A stretch of DNA of 64,000 nt from a virus. The position numbers were made by a program, and so were the translations under genes. This document shows, one piece after another, positions 42,829 to 51,535 of this stretch. Below the pieces are notes generated by a model, which was not told where the DNA came from, did not search any database, and saw only the letters and a program-made list of their open reading frames with translations. The DNA lies in IMG/VR virus record IMGVR_UViG_3300031539_000013; one strand, 5' to 3'. The first letter of the stretch is position 1; each line of letters begins with the position of its first letter.

Positions 42829-42986
42829 GAGCAACCCTGATTATACTGATGTGCCTGATCGCCATTATGTTTCTGTTCTTTGCCTCTTTTGCAGAGAATG
42901 TGGCCTGCTCCTTTGTCTTTGTCCTTCTCGCTGTTCTTAGCGTGTTCGTGGGATATATTATTTACTCCAAAATAGATAAGCTATGA
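42825..42986 (+). CDS. small two-TM membrane protein (53 aa), holin candidate
   Basis: MRATLIILMCLIAIMFLFFASFAENVACSFVFVLLAVLSVFVGYIIY. Track ORF trimmed to the ATG that overlaps the upstream TGA. Confidence 0.45.
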   Translation: MRATLIILMCLIAIMFLFFASFAENVACSFVFVLLAVLSVFVGYIIYSKIDKL

Positions 42987-43105
42987 AAACAATGAAAAAG
43001 GATGGTAAAAAGTATATACTTGTTGATATTGGAAGAGGTCAAACAATGTGGAAAGAAGTTAAGCCTAATAAATTTATTGCATTTATTAAATCTTTATTCA
43101 AATGA
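42983..43105 (+). CDS. small basic protein (40 aa)
   Basis: MKTMKKDGKKYILVDIGRGQTMWKEVKPNKFIAFIKSLFK*. ATGA overlap upstream. Confidence 0.3.
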   Translation: MKTMKKDGKKYILVDIGRGQTMWKEVKPNKFIAFIKSLFK

Positions 43106-43109
43106 AAAA

Positions 43110-43715
43110 TTACACACCCCGAAAAAAGAAAGAAGTAAAGTTAGAGTAGTTTTCTGATTGACCGCCGTCAATATAAAATATACCCCTTCCATATCTGAAT
43201 ACATCAAATCCAAGAGGGTTGCCTTTTGAAACTGCTGTAAGAACATTTGCTCCTCCACCTACTATATAATATGCCGATGGTGAACCAGATGTTTCACTTC
43301 CGGTCTTTGTAGGATCAACTGCAAAGTTTTGCCAACCACCATAAGGATACGCTCCATAAGTTTTACCTCCAACATAAAATACCTTATAAACACTTGCACT
43401 CGAACCGCAAATCATAACTAACCCACCAGCCGCTATTTCAGCGATAGCACCCGGAGCAAGCCAGACAATCCATCCAAATAAATAGTGTCCAGAAGTCCAT
43501 GTAAATGAACTCGCATTATCACAAACCATTCCCGCCTTTCCATTAGTGTTCATAGTCAATGACCCATGATTAGTACCTTGAATAGGAAAGTCAGTATCAA
43601 CAACAGGAGAACGCCCGGCAGCCCATGTAGAAGCCTCGGCTACTGTAGGCGATGATGGGGTTCCATCAAAATCAACAATGGTTATTAAATCTTTTGTATA
43701 TGCTGGTACTGCCAT
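43110..43715 (-). CDS. hypothetical (structural-looking) protein (201 aa)
   Basis: Track ORF. Gly/Ala/Ser/Thr-rich, beta-rich composition. Confidence 0.5.
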   Translation of the reverse strand: MAVPAYTKDLITIVDFDGTPSSPTVAEASTWAAGRSPVVDTDFPIQGTNHGSLTMNTNGKAGMVCDNASSFTWTSGHYLFGWIVWLAPGAIAEIAAGGLVMICGSSASVYKVFYVGGKTYGAYPYGGWQNFAVDPTKTGSETSGSPSAYYIVGGGANVLTAVSKGNPLGFDVFRYGRGIFYIDGGQSENYSNFTSFFFRGV

Positions 43716-43748
43716 TATTTTATTTTATCACTCAAAGTTATATCTTTT

Positions 43749-44291
43749 TTAAGAATACGTTACACTTGTTAAATCATCTCCTGTATAATGCAATGTCTTT
43801 GTTAAATCAATTCCTGATGGGGTATCTCCAGAAAGGACAAGGCTCGTTAAAACTCCTAAAGTATAGTTAAATGTTTTTACTATTTCCATCCCGCCACCAA
43901 TATCATAAGTAATATAATCAATATCATCTCCGCCATAGGAAATAACATAAGGATAACCTTTAAGATTCTTAGACACCGTTTCAAATGCTTCAGAATATGC
44001 TGTATATCCTGTTATGTCCGAAGTAGCATGTTTATGTGATTTAGGAGTGAATGAGGCAGGGATGCCTGTTAGCTTAGAATATTCAACGGTATTGATAAGA
44101 TTGATATTCCCTACCTGCCCTGTCTCAATAGTGCCTGAAACAGTGCCTATGATGCCAAATTCATTAAGTTTGGCTACTATGAAAGCTGTGGTTGTCCTCG
44201 GAAAGAGCCTGACAAGCTCTCCGTCTGTTACTCTACGTCCAGTTTTGTTTTGCAGTCTTATTTGCATAGGGGTGGAATATTTACTATGCAA
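43749..44291 (-). CDS. tail-fibre-like protein (180 aa)
   Basis: PASFTPKSHKHATSDITG resembles the HxH...DI motif seen in fibre tips. Weak. Confidence 0.4.
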   Translation of the reverse strand: MHSKYSTPMQIRLQNKTGRRVTDGELVRLFPRTTTAFIVAKLNEFGIIGTVSGTIETGQVGNINLINTVEYSKLTGIPASFTPKSHKHATSDITGYTAYSEAFETVSKNLKGYPYVISYGGDDIDYITYDIGGGMEIVKTFNYTLGVLTSLVLSGDTPSGIDLTKTLHYTGDDLTSVTYS

Positions 44292-44304
44292 AGGTATGAA
44301 TTAT

Positions 44305-44784
44305 TTAAAAACTATCCCAGAATTGTTTGTTTAAAGCACCCACAATGGATTTTTGTTCCTCGAGGCTATATCGATATCCAATAAGCATCCCCCGTGTCGT
44401 GGGGAAGCTCTTGGCATATTGTACGAGCAATTCTGCTTCAAGCTGCTTAACTTCATCCCATCGTGCTGTAACCCTGCTATTAGTTTTCTCTTCAAGGTCC
44501 AGAGCATAGGATATTCGTTCTTCCTCCGTGCCATCCATGAATAGTCCTCGTTCGCCTGGTGTGCATAGAATTATATTGCCGAAGTAGAATCTGAAATATG
44601 GATATTCTTTTACCGGAAGGATGTTCAGGAAACAATTTTTCCATAATGGTGTCCGGGCATACTCACGGAGCCAAAGCCCCGATATAAACGACTTCGATGG
44701 CAGCTTGTCCCAAAGAGTCTTAAATATCATCGTCTGAGCTATGTCAGACACCCTTGCGGATGGTATCTCGTGTAAATAAGCCAT
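44305..44784 (-). CDS. hypothetical protein (159 aa)
   Basis: Track ORF. Confidence 0.5.
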   Translation of the reverse strand: MAYLHEIPSARVSDIAQTMIFKTLWDKLPSKSFISGLWLREYARTPLWKNCFLNILPVKEYPYFRFYFGNIILCTPGERGLFMDGTEEERISYALDLEEKTNSRVTARWDEVKQLEAELLVQYAKSFPTTRGMLIGYRYSLEEQKSIVGALNKQFWDSF

Positions 44785-44900
44785 TGTTGATTACTTATCT
44801 TTCTTCTCTTCTTTTCCAGGTTATTATCAATACCAATAGTACAATTCCCGTCGTCATCAATAATTGGTTCGTCACATTCACAGTATTCTGTATTTTCCAT
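44739..44900 (-). CDS. small Cys protein (53 aa), MENTEYC paralog 1
   Basis: Track ORF trimmed to ATG 44900. It shares 30 nt around the start with the gene at 45445-45705. Confidence 0.4.
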   Translation of the reverse strand: MENTEYCECDEPIIDDDGNCTIGIDNNLEKKRRKISNQQWLIYTRYHPQGCLT

Positions 44901-44901
44901 A

Positions 44902-45432
44902 TCACTTATTGTTAATAAAGTTAATAGCCCATTTAATTCCAATTTTTGCTCCAAGTTTTTTAGCAACCTCTTTTCCAAATTCAAATCTATTGTCAACCCA
45001 TGTATTTATTTCTTCCTCGCTCGGCATCCTCCTGGAAGCGTATTCTTCCATAGCTTCAATAATCCAATCCTTTAACATCAACTCAGACTTATAGGCAACT
45101 GGATAAGTGCTTATAAAAGTCCATAAAGATTCATTAAGATTATCTTCAAGTATCTCTTCCACACTCTTTGCACCGTCTTTGGGCTGATTGTTTGCAGGAT
45201 GGAATTTATAGAGCAGACATCCTTTTGGAACATAATCAGGCTGTTTGGAATTTTCCCATTCTTCACGCATTTTATTTTCTTCACCTGCTTCAAGGGCGGC
45301 AAGCTCGTCAATAAGATCATACTTTTTATCCATCCATTTAAGCTCTGCCTTTGTCGGTGACATACTTGTGCTTACAGGTTTTGCTTCATAATGCTCAATC
45401 AACTCTTTCAGTTTTTCAATCTTGTCATTCAT
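44902..45432 (-). CDS. hypothetical protein (176 aa)
   Basis: C-terminal WIIEAMEEYASRRMPSEEEI is shared with the gene at 46143-46511. Confidence 0.5.
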   Translation of the reverse strand: MNDKIEKLKELIEHYEAKPVSTSMSPTKAELKWMDKKYDLIDELAALEAGEENKMREEWENSKQPDYVPKGCLLYKFHPANNQPKDGAKSVEEILEDNLNESLWTFISTYPVAYKSELMLKDWIIEAMEEYASRRMPSEEEINTWVDNRFEFGKEVAKKLGAKIGIKWAINFINNK

Positions 45433-45444
45433 CTCACTTGTGGT

Positions 45445-45705
45445 TTAGATTAATTCGATATAAACATTGCTATATTTTTTTAAAGGAACAGCAAGTCCCC
45501 TTGCAAGAAAGTTATTACATATTTTAGTCCAGCCTTCATCGTTGACTAATTCATCCCATTTTACAATTTTATGGACTTCACATACATTTACCATAGGTGT
45601 AGTCTTTGCTGGTGGATGATTGCCATGGGCTCTCAGTTCTAATCCTACTTTATACTTAGCAGGATTTATGCAATCTTTAATATCACAGTATTCTGTATTT
45701 TCCAT
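45445..45705 (-). CDS. small Cys protein (86 aa), MENTEYC paralog 2
   Basis: Track ORF. Confidence 0.5.
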   Translation of the reverse strand: MENTEYCDIKDCINPAKYKVGLELRAHGNHPPAKTTPMVNVCEVHKIVKWDELVNDEGWTKICNNFLARGLAVPLKKYSNVYIELI

Positions 45706-45710
45706 ATCAC

Positions 45711-45923
45711 TTACTGTTTAGTTAATATTCCATCATGCCAAATTGCAAAGCACAATGGTCTCATTGCTGTATTCCCTGCATTATATTCGATTTTCCCAAG
45801 CGGACAATCTTGACACCATTTATCATCCCAATCTGTTGTATCGGGCTTTATACATAATTTATCATAAAGCTCTTGTAGATTTTCTTTGGTGATTTTTACT
45901 CCTATATCAATTTCTTTTTCCAT
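45711..45923 (-). CDS. hypothetical protein (70 aa)
   Basis: Track ORF. Confidence 0.45.
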   Translation of the reverse strand: MEKEIDIGVKITKENLQELYDKLCIKPDTTDWDDKWCQDCPLGKIEYNAGNTAMRPLCFAIWHDGILTKQ

Positions 45924-46142
45924 TACTTATTGTTTATTAATCATTTATTTTAGATACTATCCAGCATAGACATAGAACAAAACCTATAACTGCACCAATT
46001 AAAAATACTATCAATACTTTCATTACTTATTGTTTATGAAGTTAATAACCCATATAATTGTATTAAAAGCATTGCCGATATTATTATAAGAATAATAAAT
46101 ATTCCCGTTCTTATTTCACTTATATAAATCCAATTCCAAAAT

Positions 46143-46511
46143 CTATCTATCCATTTCATTATAAACCTTTTTTACTATTTTAATAACGTCATCCCATTGA
46201 AAGTAATAATTTTCATTTATATCTTCCGCATCTTCTGTTATAGTACATCTTATAGTATTCAGCATTGCTTTCTTAATTTTTTCCTCGCTCGGCATCCTCT
46301 GGCTGGCGTATTGCTCCATAGGTTGAAGATACCAATCAATGTAAGTAAGCCACACCTCAATATCCTTAGGGTGTAAATGAAATTCTAATGTAGTATAAGG
46401 TAGTCCTTTATCCTCAATAATTCCCCATTTACAATGCACAATACACATTGTCCCATTTTTCGGCAAATCCGCCTCCGACTTAATGTAAATCTTTTCGTAT
46501 AACTCTTTCAT
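46143..46511 (-). CDS. hypothetical protein (122 aa)
   Basis: WYLQPMEQYASQRMPSEEKI module is paralogous to the gene at 44902-45432. Confidence 0.5.
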   Translation of the reverse strand: MKELYEKIYIKSEADLPKNGTMCIVHCKWGIIEDKGLPYTTLEFHLHPKDIEVWLTYIDWYLQPMEQYASQRMPSEEKIKKAMLNTIRCTITEDAEDINENYYFQWDDVIKIVKKVYNEMDR

Positions 46512-46678
46512 CTCACTTTGGTTTTAACATCATCACTTACGTCTTTTATATAAGCTGTAATTATCAAACAGCCAGACAGTACAATAAGAATTACTATCTG
46601 TGTCGTTAATGGTGGATCTTTAATAGCTATCACAACAAGAATAACTATTCCAACTAACAATCTTAATATTTTTTCCAT
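46508..46678 (-). CDS. small two-TM membrane protein (56 aa)
   Basis: Below the track cut-off. MEKILRLLVGIVILVVIAIKDPPLTTQIVILIVLSGCLIITAYIKD... ATGA overlap downstream. Confidence 0.4.
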   Translation of the reverse strand: MEKILRLLVGIVILVVIAIKDPPLTTQIVILIVLSGCLIITAYIKDVSDDVKTKVR

Positions 46679-46729
46679 CTCACTTGTTTTTTGGTTTAAA
46701 CTCCTCTTTCGTTTTCATGATACCTTGTC

Positions 46730-47224
46730 TTATGGTAGTAAGTTATCTTTTTTGAACTGAGCATATTCTATCTTCATCTCCTCTATATCGTTGTACCACT
46801 GGAAGAACTTCCATTCAGGATACTTCGCTCTTTCTTCTGATGTGCCCTGATCAACGAGGGTGTGGAAAACTGGTAACACCACCCGCACGTTCCTTGGGTT
46901 TAATTTAAACCAGGGATATCTTCCTTTCGGAAGCACATGGGCAAAACAACTGTAATATATGCCTTCCCCTTTAAAAGTTGTGATGTCAACATCAGTGTAA
47001 GGACAGATTACCCTCCCGGCTTCATTGCGAGCGTTATCCCATAGGCAATCAAATAACTCTACCTGGTTATCAAAGCCCCAATCAAATGTCCTTATACGCT
47101 CTCTCTTGGTGCGGAAGGCAGGTTTCTTAGGCTTCCTATCCTGACGTTTCCACTGGTGTCGTTGGCAAAAGCCACCTCCCCATACCGGATAATAACAATT
47201 CTCTGCTTTGCATGTTTTAGCCAT
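46730..47224 (-). CDS. zinc-finger protein, possible His-Me/HNH-like nuclease
   Basis: N-terminal CKAENCYYPVWGGGFCQRHQ. CFAHVLPKGRYPWFKLNPRNV...H. The functional call is weak. Confidence 0.35.
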   Translation of the reverse strand: MAKTCKAENCYYPVWGGGFCQRHQWKRQDRKPKKPAFRTKRERIRTFDWGFDNQVELFDCLWDNARNEAGRVICPYTDVDITTFKGEGIYYSCFAHVLPKGRYPWFKLNPRNVRVVLPVFHTLVDQGTSEERAKYPEWKFFQWYNDIEEMKIEYAQFKKDNLLP

Positions 47225-47226
47225 GA

Positions 47227-47568
47227 TTATACTTCATTTCTGAGCGCATTAATAACTTCACAGGTGAAATTCCCTGCTCCCAACGCACTGAATATCCCTA
47301 CTATGGCAAATAGCCACCAAGGCGAGAATATTATTATGTAAAATAGACTCAGTAGGAGTCCCAACCAGACCGATAAACAAAAGCTGCACCGCACGAACTT
47401 AATGATCATCGAATCGCAGTTGTGCTCCATTACATGCCTATTGTTCTGTTTCTCGATCCATTTACCAAATTCACGGAAGAGCATATTTTTCCTGATAATG
47501 CGTGTCCACAGGATAGCTACCATCCCGGCAATGATTCCCAAAAATGTCATGTAAATAATATCTTTCAT
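47227..47568 (-). CDS. membrane protein (113 aa)
   Basis: Three hydrophobic segments. Confidence 0.5.
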   Translation of the reverse strand: MKDIIYMTFLGIIAGMVAILWTRIIRKNMLFREFGKWIEKQNNRHVMEHNCDSMIIKFVRCSFCLSVWLGLLLSLFYIIIFSPWWLFAIVGIFSALGAGNFTCEVINALRNEV

Positions 47569-47587
47569 CGTTTTTAAGTATTAGTTT

Positions 47588-47634
47588 AATAAAAAAAGAG
47601 GCTATTATAATCATCTCGATCTTTCGTAGCCTCC
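47588..47634 (-). terminator. rho-independent terminator after the RecT-like gene
   Basis: GAGGCTA (47598-47604) / TAGCCTC (47627-47633), followed on the minus strand by T7. The loop is long, at 22 nt. Confidence 0.45.
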
Positions 47635-47682
47635 TTATCCCTTTTGTAGTAATCAACAAGAGTGTGAGCTACAAATATACAG

Positions 47683-49404
47683 CTAATTTGCGTTAAGTAA
47701 CAAATTTATTTCATCGACACTCGCTATCTTCAGGAATGTTTCTTTGTCACAATAAGAAGATGGTAATTTTAATTTATCATGTAGTTCCATAAATCTTGGC
47801 GTAGTAATCTGCGGTGTCACACCCATAAGTTTATTGAACAGACCTTTTACCAGACTGAAATCTCTCGGTGTCTCTGCAGGGATTTCTATATCGTATTTGT
47901 TCCCTGCCTCAATTTTCTCTGGCTCTGCCTTCTTTGTGGTGTTGAGGAACGCATCAATCTTAGCCTCCTCCTTCCCTTTGTCAAAGTCTTTATTAACCGG
48001 GATTTCTCCTGCCTGAGTATTCACAGCCGGTTCCTTGCCTACTGCTGATGCAGCCTCTTGCTTTTCCCTTTCCTCATTTGCTTTCAGATAGGGCGCAACA
48101 TACTCTGCAAGATTTTCGTTCTGGTGTGCAAAGACGATCTCCCTGAGTTTCTTGTTAGTGTTCTTACCACCGATTATCTCACAACTCTCCATCATATCCA
48201 TGTCCTCCATAACCAGCTTTAACAATATGGGTGTGTCCATGGCTTCCATCTGCTTCAATGTCCACTGCCCGTCAATGATTTCTTCTGCTGGTGTTTTGCC
48301 ATCATTATCAATCTCCTCCTGGTTGGTGATGTTACCTGCCTCATCCCTGATCACAAGCACGCCATTTATAGATTCGGCTGAACCTTTCTCTGCTTTAAAA
48401 GGTGATTCGTCATGCTTTGTAAGATGCGTTACAGAATAATTTTCCATAATGCGACTCTTATCATCTTTATGTTGCATACCTTCTACTTCTGGATTAAAAG
48501 ATAAATTATTTTCTGCTATCTGTTTGTCCATGGATTCTCTTGCTAGTCTTACATTTTCTGTATAACGCTCTTCGTTTTTATCTACTGGAATGACTTCTGC
48601 CTCTTGGATGTTCTTATCCCCTACCTTGCCAAATTTGTTGTTAGGGATCTTGTCAACCACTCTGTCTGTCATCTTTGTCGATCTGGTCTTTGCATGTTCC
48701 TTATCGGGGATCGTAATCTTTGCACCAGATTCAGTTTCAATTATCTCGGTAGTTTCCTTCCCAATGTCCTGTGCCTCCTCTGTGGTGTACATATTAAGAA
48801 GTACGTCAGAAAATAAGTCACGCGCGATATTCCCTAACGCCCTGTAGTTCAACATCCGGTCAGGTGTTTTGTACCATGCTGATTTCTTCCATTTCCATCC
48901 ATCCTGACCGCTCACCTGAGAAGATGTTATCCAAAGCCCCATTCTTTTTGCTTTGTCAACTGAAAAGGTGCGGGTTAAGGTAGTCCCATTATCTTCTCGT
49001 GTAGCAGTAATAGATACTACCATGTTTTCATCCTCAATACTCCCTGTTACGGTTTCTTTCCATGAGTCTTTTTTTAACTTTCCCGAGGCAAATATCATGG
49101 TTTTCGCTAAATCTCCTTTTATTGAGAGCAATCCACTTACGGGGATGACATGCTGTAACGCTGTCATTGGAGGTATGGCAAGCTGTTGTGCCTGCAATAA
49201 TACCACAACTACGGCAGGGACTTTCCCTTTTGTGTAATCCGGTTTATTATCCGCACCTTTTTCGTAGAAGTGATCAGGCACTAACTTGCTGTCAAGCAAC
49301 ATCCCTGCAAACTGCTTCATCCCTTCAATGGTGTCGTAGGCATCCTCTACAAATTTAGGAAGCCTTACATCCGATACTTTTACAATACTTTTTTCTGTTT
49401 CCAT
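47683..49404 (-). CDS. recT: RecT/Red-beta-like single-strand annealing protein with a long acidic C-terminal extension
   Basis: N-terminal ~230 aa: ...AVVVVLLQAQQLAIPPMTALQHVIPV.G..SIKGD... and WYKTPDRMLNYRALGNIARDLFSDVLLNMYTTEE, as I recall for RecT-family proteins. About 340 further residues are E/K/D-rich. Confidence 0.6.
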   Translation of the reverse strand: METEKSIVKVSDVRLPKFVEDAYDTIEGMKQFAGMLLDSKLVPDHFYEKGADNKPDYTKGKVPAVVVVLLQAQQLAIPPMTALQHVIPVSGLLSIKGDLAKTMIFASGKLKKDSWKETVTGSIEDENMVVSITATREDNGTTLTRTFSVDKAKRMGLWITSSQVSGQDGWKWKKSAWYKTPDRMLNYRALGNIARDLFSDVLLNMYTTEEAQDIGKETTEIIETESGAKITIPDKEHAKTRSTKMTDRVVDKIPNNKFGKVGDKNIQEAEVIPVDKNEERYTENVRLARESMDKQIAENNLSFNPEVEGMQHKDDKSRIMENYSVTHLTKHDESPFKAEKGSAESINGVLVIRDEAGNITNQEEIDNDGKTPAEEIIDGQWTLKQMEAMDTPILLKLVMEDMDMMESCEIIGGKNTNKKLREIVFAHQNENLAEYVAPYLKANEEREKQEAASAVGKEPAVNTQAGEIPVNKDFDKGKEEAKIDAFLNTTKKAEPEKIEAGNKYDIEIPAETPRDFSLVKGLFNKLMGVTPQITTPRFMELHDKLKLPSSYCDKETFLKIASVDEINLLLNAN

Positions 49405-49422
49405 TTGTCTGTTGTTATTAAA

Positions 49423-50037
49423 TTATAGTTTATAGTTGTACTCTCCTTTTTTGTCAACCCATGACCTCTCCTGTGGAGGTATCCATTTTGCTCCAATAAA
49501 TTCAAAGAATCTTTCTTCCGTGTCGAATACCGGAGGCAATGTAGGAGCAAGTTTATATTCCGGCTTTATCTTCCATGTGCTTTTACGGATGCACTCGTCC
49601 TTTTTCCTCAATCCATTTTCTGTACCGCACCACCCTCTACGATTCCATTGCATAGCCAATGCGGTATGTGAGAAAAAACTACTTCCCGTCCGAATAGCAA
49701 GCATACGTCCATAATCTTTCTCCGTAGTGATGTATAACTCGATATGCAAGTCTGATTCGAGATAAAAGAACTTCTTTAGCCGTGTGCCATTAATAGTAAG
49801 TCCCTTAAATCCCATCGGGAACGCCTGCCCCATTGAGAACTCATCCTTTGGCACAACGACACACTCCACATCACCTACGTACGCCACCTCTCTACGCACC
49901 GATCCTGCGATAGAACCTTTGATTATATACGGTGTTAAGTACTTCATAAACCTGTCAGCCACGTTCTTGCCTACTGCAAGCGGGATTTTATGTTCGGTTG
50001 TGCTCATTTTTGCGTGAAAATATTGAAGTATATTCAT
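49423..50037 (-). CDS. minimal Pol X/Pol-beta-like nucleotidyltransferase (204 aa)
   Basis: AGSVRREVAYVGDVECVVV (GS...DxD-like), YGRMLAIRTGSSFFSHTALAMQWNRRGWCGTENGL and TEERFFEFIGAKWIPPQER follow the Pol X palm/thumb motif order. Confidence 0.55.
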   Translation of the reverse strand: MNILQYFHAKMSTTEHKIPLAVGKNVADRFMKYLTPYIIKGSIAGSVRREVAYVGDVECVVVPKDEFSMGQAFPMGFKGLTINGTRLKKFFYLESDLHIELYITTEKDYGRMLAIRTGSSFFSHTALAMQWNRRGWCGTENGLRKKDECIRKSTWKIKPEYKLAPTLPPVFDTEERFFEFIGAKWIPPQERSWVDKKGEYNYKL

Positions 50038-50048
50038 AGTTTATCCTC

Positions 50049-50234
50049 CTATCCTTTTGGTTTCTCGATTAATGCATTAATGCATAATTCTTTACAGAAA
50101 TATGTTTGTTGCATATTACAACAATCACAATCTTTCTGCTTTAGTATCCGTGTGTGTTTTCCAGGATAATCTGGATAATCTCTTTTCTCATCCTGATTAA
50201 TTAACTTAGTTTCCATAACTACCCTTTTATACAA
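50049..50234 (-). CDS. small Cys-rich protein (61 aa)
   Basis: Track ORF. Confidence 0.4.
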   Translation of the reverse strand: MYKRVVMETKLINQDEKRDYPDYPGKHTRILKQKDCDCCNMQQTYFCKELCINALIEKPKG

Positions 50235-50530
50235 GTTTGTCCACTGAGCTTGTTATACCATCTCCCCTGCCCATCCCTGATAACCTTATTGCCATCAAGG
50301 AGAAAGGTGATCGTGGCCCAGCACCCATCGGTGATCTGATTGAGCTGAGTCATGTTCGTCTCATTGTACTCAAAAAGCACCTCCCTGGCATAGTTGCCAA
50401 TGAAAACTTCCATAACCAATTCCCTGTACTGTTTCGTCTGCCCTGCCTTTGTCGTGAATGATTTGGGTGGTCCTACCCATACTACCCGTCCTGAGTATTC
50501 AAAATTGTTGATTGACTTGTTCTGAGCCAT
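50219..50530 (-). CDS. DUF3127-like OB-fold protein (possible ssDNA-binding)
   Basis: 103 aa. G.V..V.....F.TK.G....YRELVMEV....Y..EVLFE...... pattern, as recalled for the Bacteroidota DUF3127 family. Confidence 0.45.
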   Translation of the reverse strand: MAQNKSINNFEYSGRVVWVGPPKSFTTKAGQTKQYRELVMEVFIGNYAREVLFEYNETNMTQLNQITDGCWATITFLLDGNKVIRDGQGRWYNKLSGQTCIKG

Positions 50531-50533
50531 AAT

Positions 50534-51520
50534 TTATGATCTTAGAATTGTTAATACTTCTTGTAATTTTTTCTGAGACTCCTCAAATGTCTCTGTAGCC
50601 TCCTCACTTTTCAATCCCGGCCATTCCACTTTTTCAAGGGCAGTGGCATAGTTCCAGAGTTTTTCTTCATCCGTAAGAAAATCTGAGGCATGACCTCCAT
50701 CGCCGGGGCGTGGTTCTATTTGTGCTGTAACTGAATCTTTCATTTCAGGAACAGGAGTTTCTCCTTTGACATTATAAAATTCGGCATATTTCTGCTCCCA
50801 TACTTCATTTTCCATTTCAGCAATCTCATCTTCTGTAGCAGAGATATTCCCTTTCTTAAAATTCTTTACTCCATATTGAAGTACCATAATGACCCCTATC
50901 TTATAAAGAGCATTAGTTCTTTCGACAATAGTATTCTGATGTGCCAACGCTTTTGCATCATCAATGACCTTCTGCTGTGCATCAAATTTCTTTTCTTTCG
51001 CACCAAGTATAAATTGATTCCACTGGTTATCATCACACCTCATGATTGCTTCATCGGTAAGTGGCTTCCCAATTTCATTAAATGCAAAGATCGTTTTGGT
51101 GACATCTACCTTGGAGATGTATTCATCCAATCCGACTAACTGCTCTTTCCTTCCCGGAAGTTTCAGCAATCTCTCTGCCCTGATCTTGATAGCCTCTTTC
51201 TGGTCATCAATAGCATCCTCCTGTTTTTTAAGGTGCTGTTCTACTTCGGAAATTAATGCCACGACTTCTTTCTCCTTGGCGATCCATGCTTTCTGCTCTT
51301 TTACCGCATCTTCCCTACCTGCTTTGCATATCCTCTCTGCAAGCGTTCTATGATCCCTGCACACAATTCTCGCATCATGTACCTTCTTATAACCCTCTGT
51401 GTCATCAATACCGTTGATTTTAAGAGGTAGGTAATCTGTTTTCAGCTTTGCAATAACAGCCTCCGTTACGTTCTGTTTTGCCAGTTCTGTTGTAATGATG
51501 TTCTCTGCTGTCTCTTTCAT
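50534..51520 (-). CDS. hypothetical coiled-coil protein (328 aa) in the recombination module
   Basis: Track ORF. DUF1351-like by position and composition only. Confidence 0.4.
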   Translation of the reverse strand: MKETAENIITTELAKQNVTEAVIAKLKTDYLPLKINGIDDTEGYKKVHDARIVCRDHRTLAERICKAGREDAVKEQKAWIAKEKEVVALISEVEQHLKKQEDAIDDQKEAIKIRAERLLKLPGRKEQLVGLDEYISKVDVTKTIFAFNEIGKPLTDEAIMRCDDNQWNQFILGAKEKKFDAQQKVIDDAKALAHQNTIVERTNALYKIGVIMVLQYGVKNFKKGNISATEDEIAEMENEVWEQKYAEFYNVKGETPVPEMKDSVTAQIEPRPGDGGHASDFLTDEEKLWNYATALEKVEWPGLKSEEATETFEESQKKLQEVLTILRS

Positions 51521-51535
51521 AATATATGTCCTTAA

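Noticed and set aside
47662-47669. TATATTTG -7-like box between recT and the next gene
   Set aside because: It lies upstream of the terminator hairpin rather than downstream, has no -33 partner, and is probably a chance match in A+T-rich DNA.
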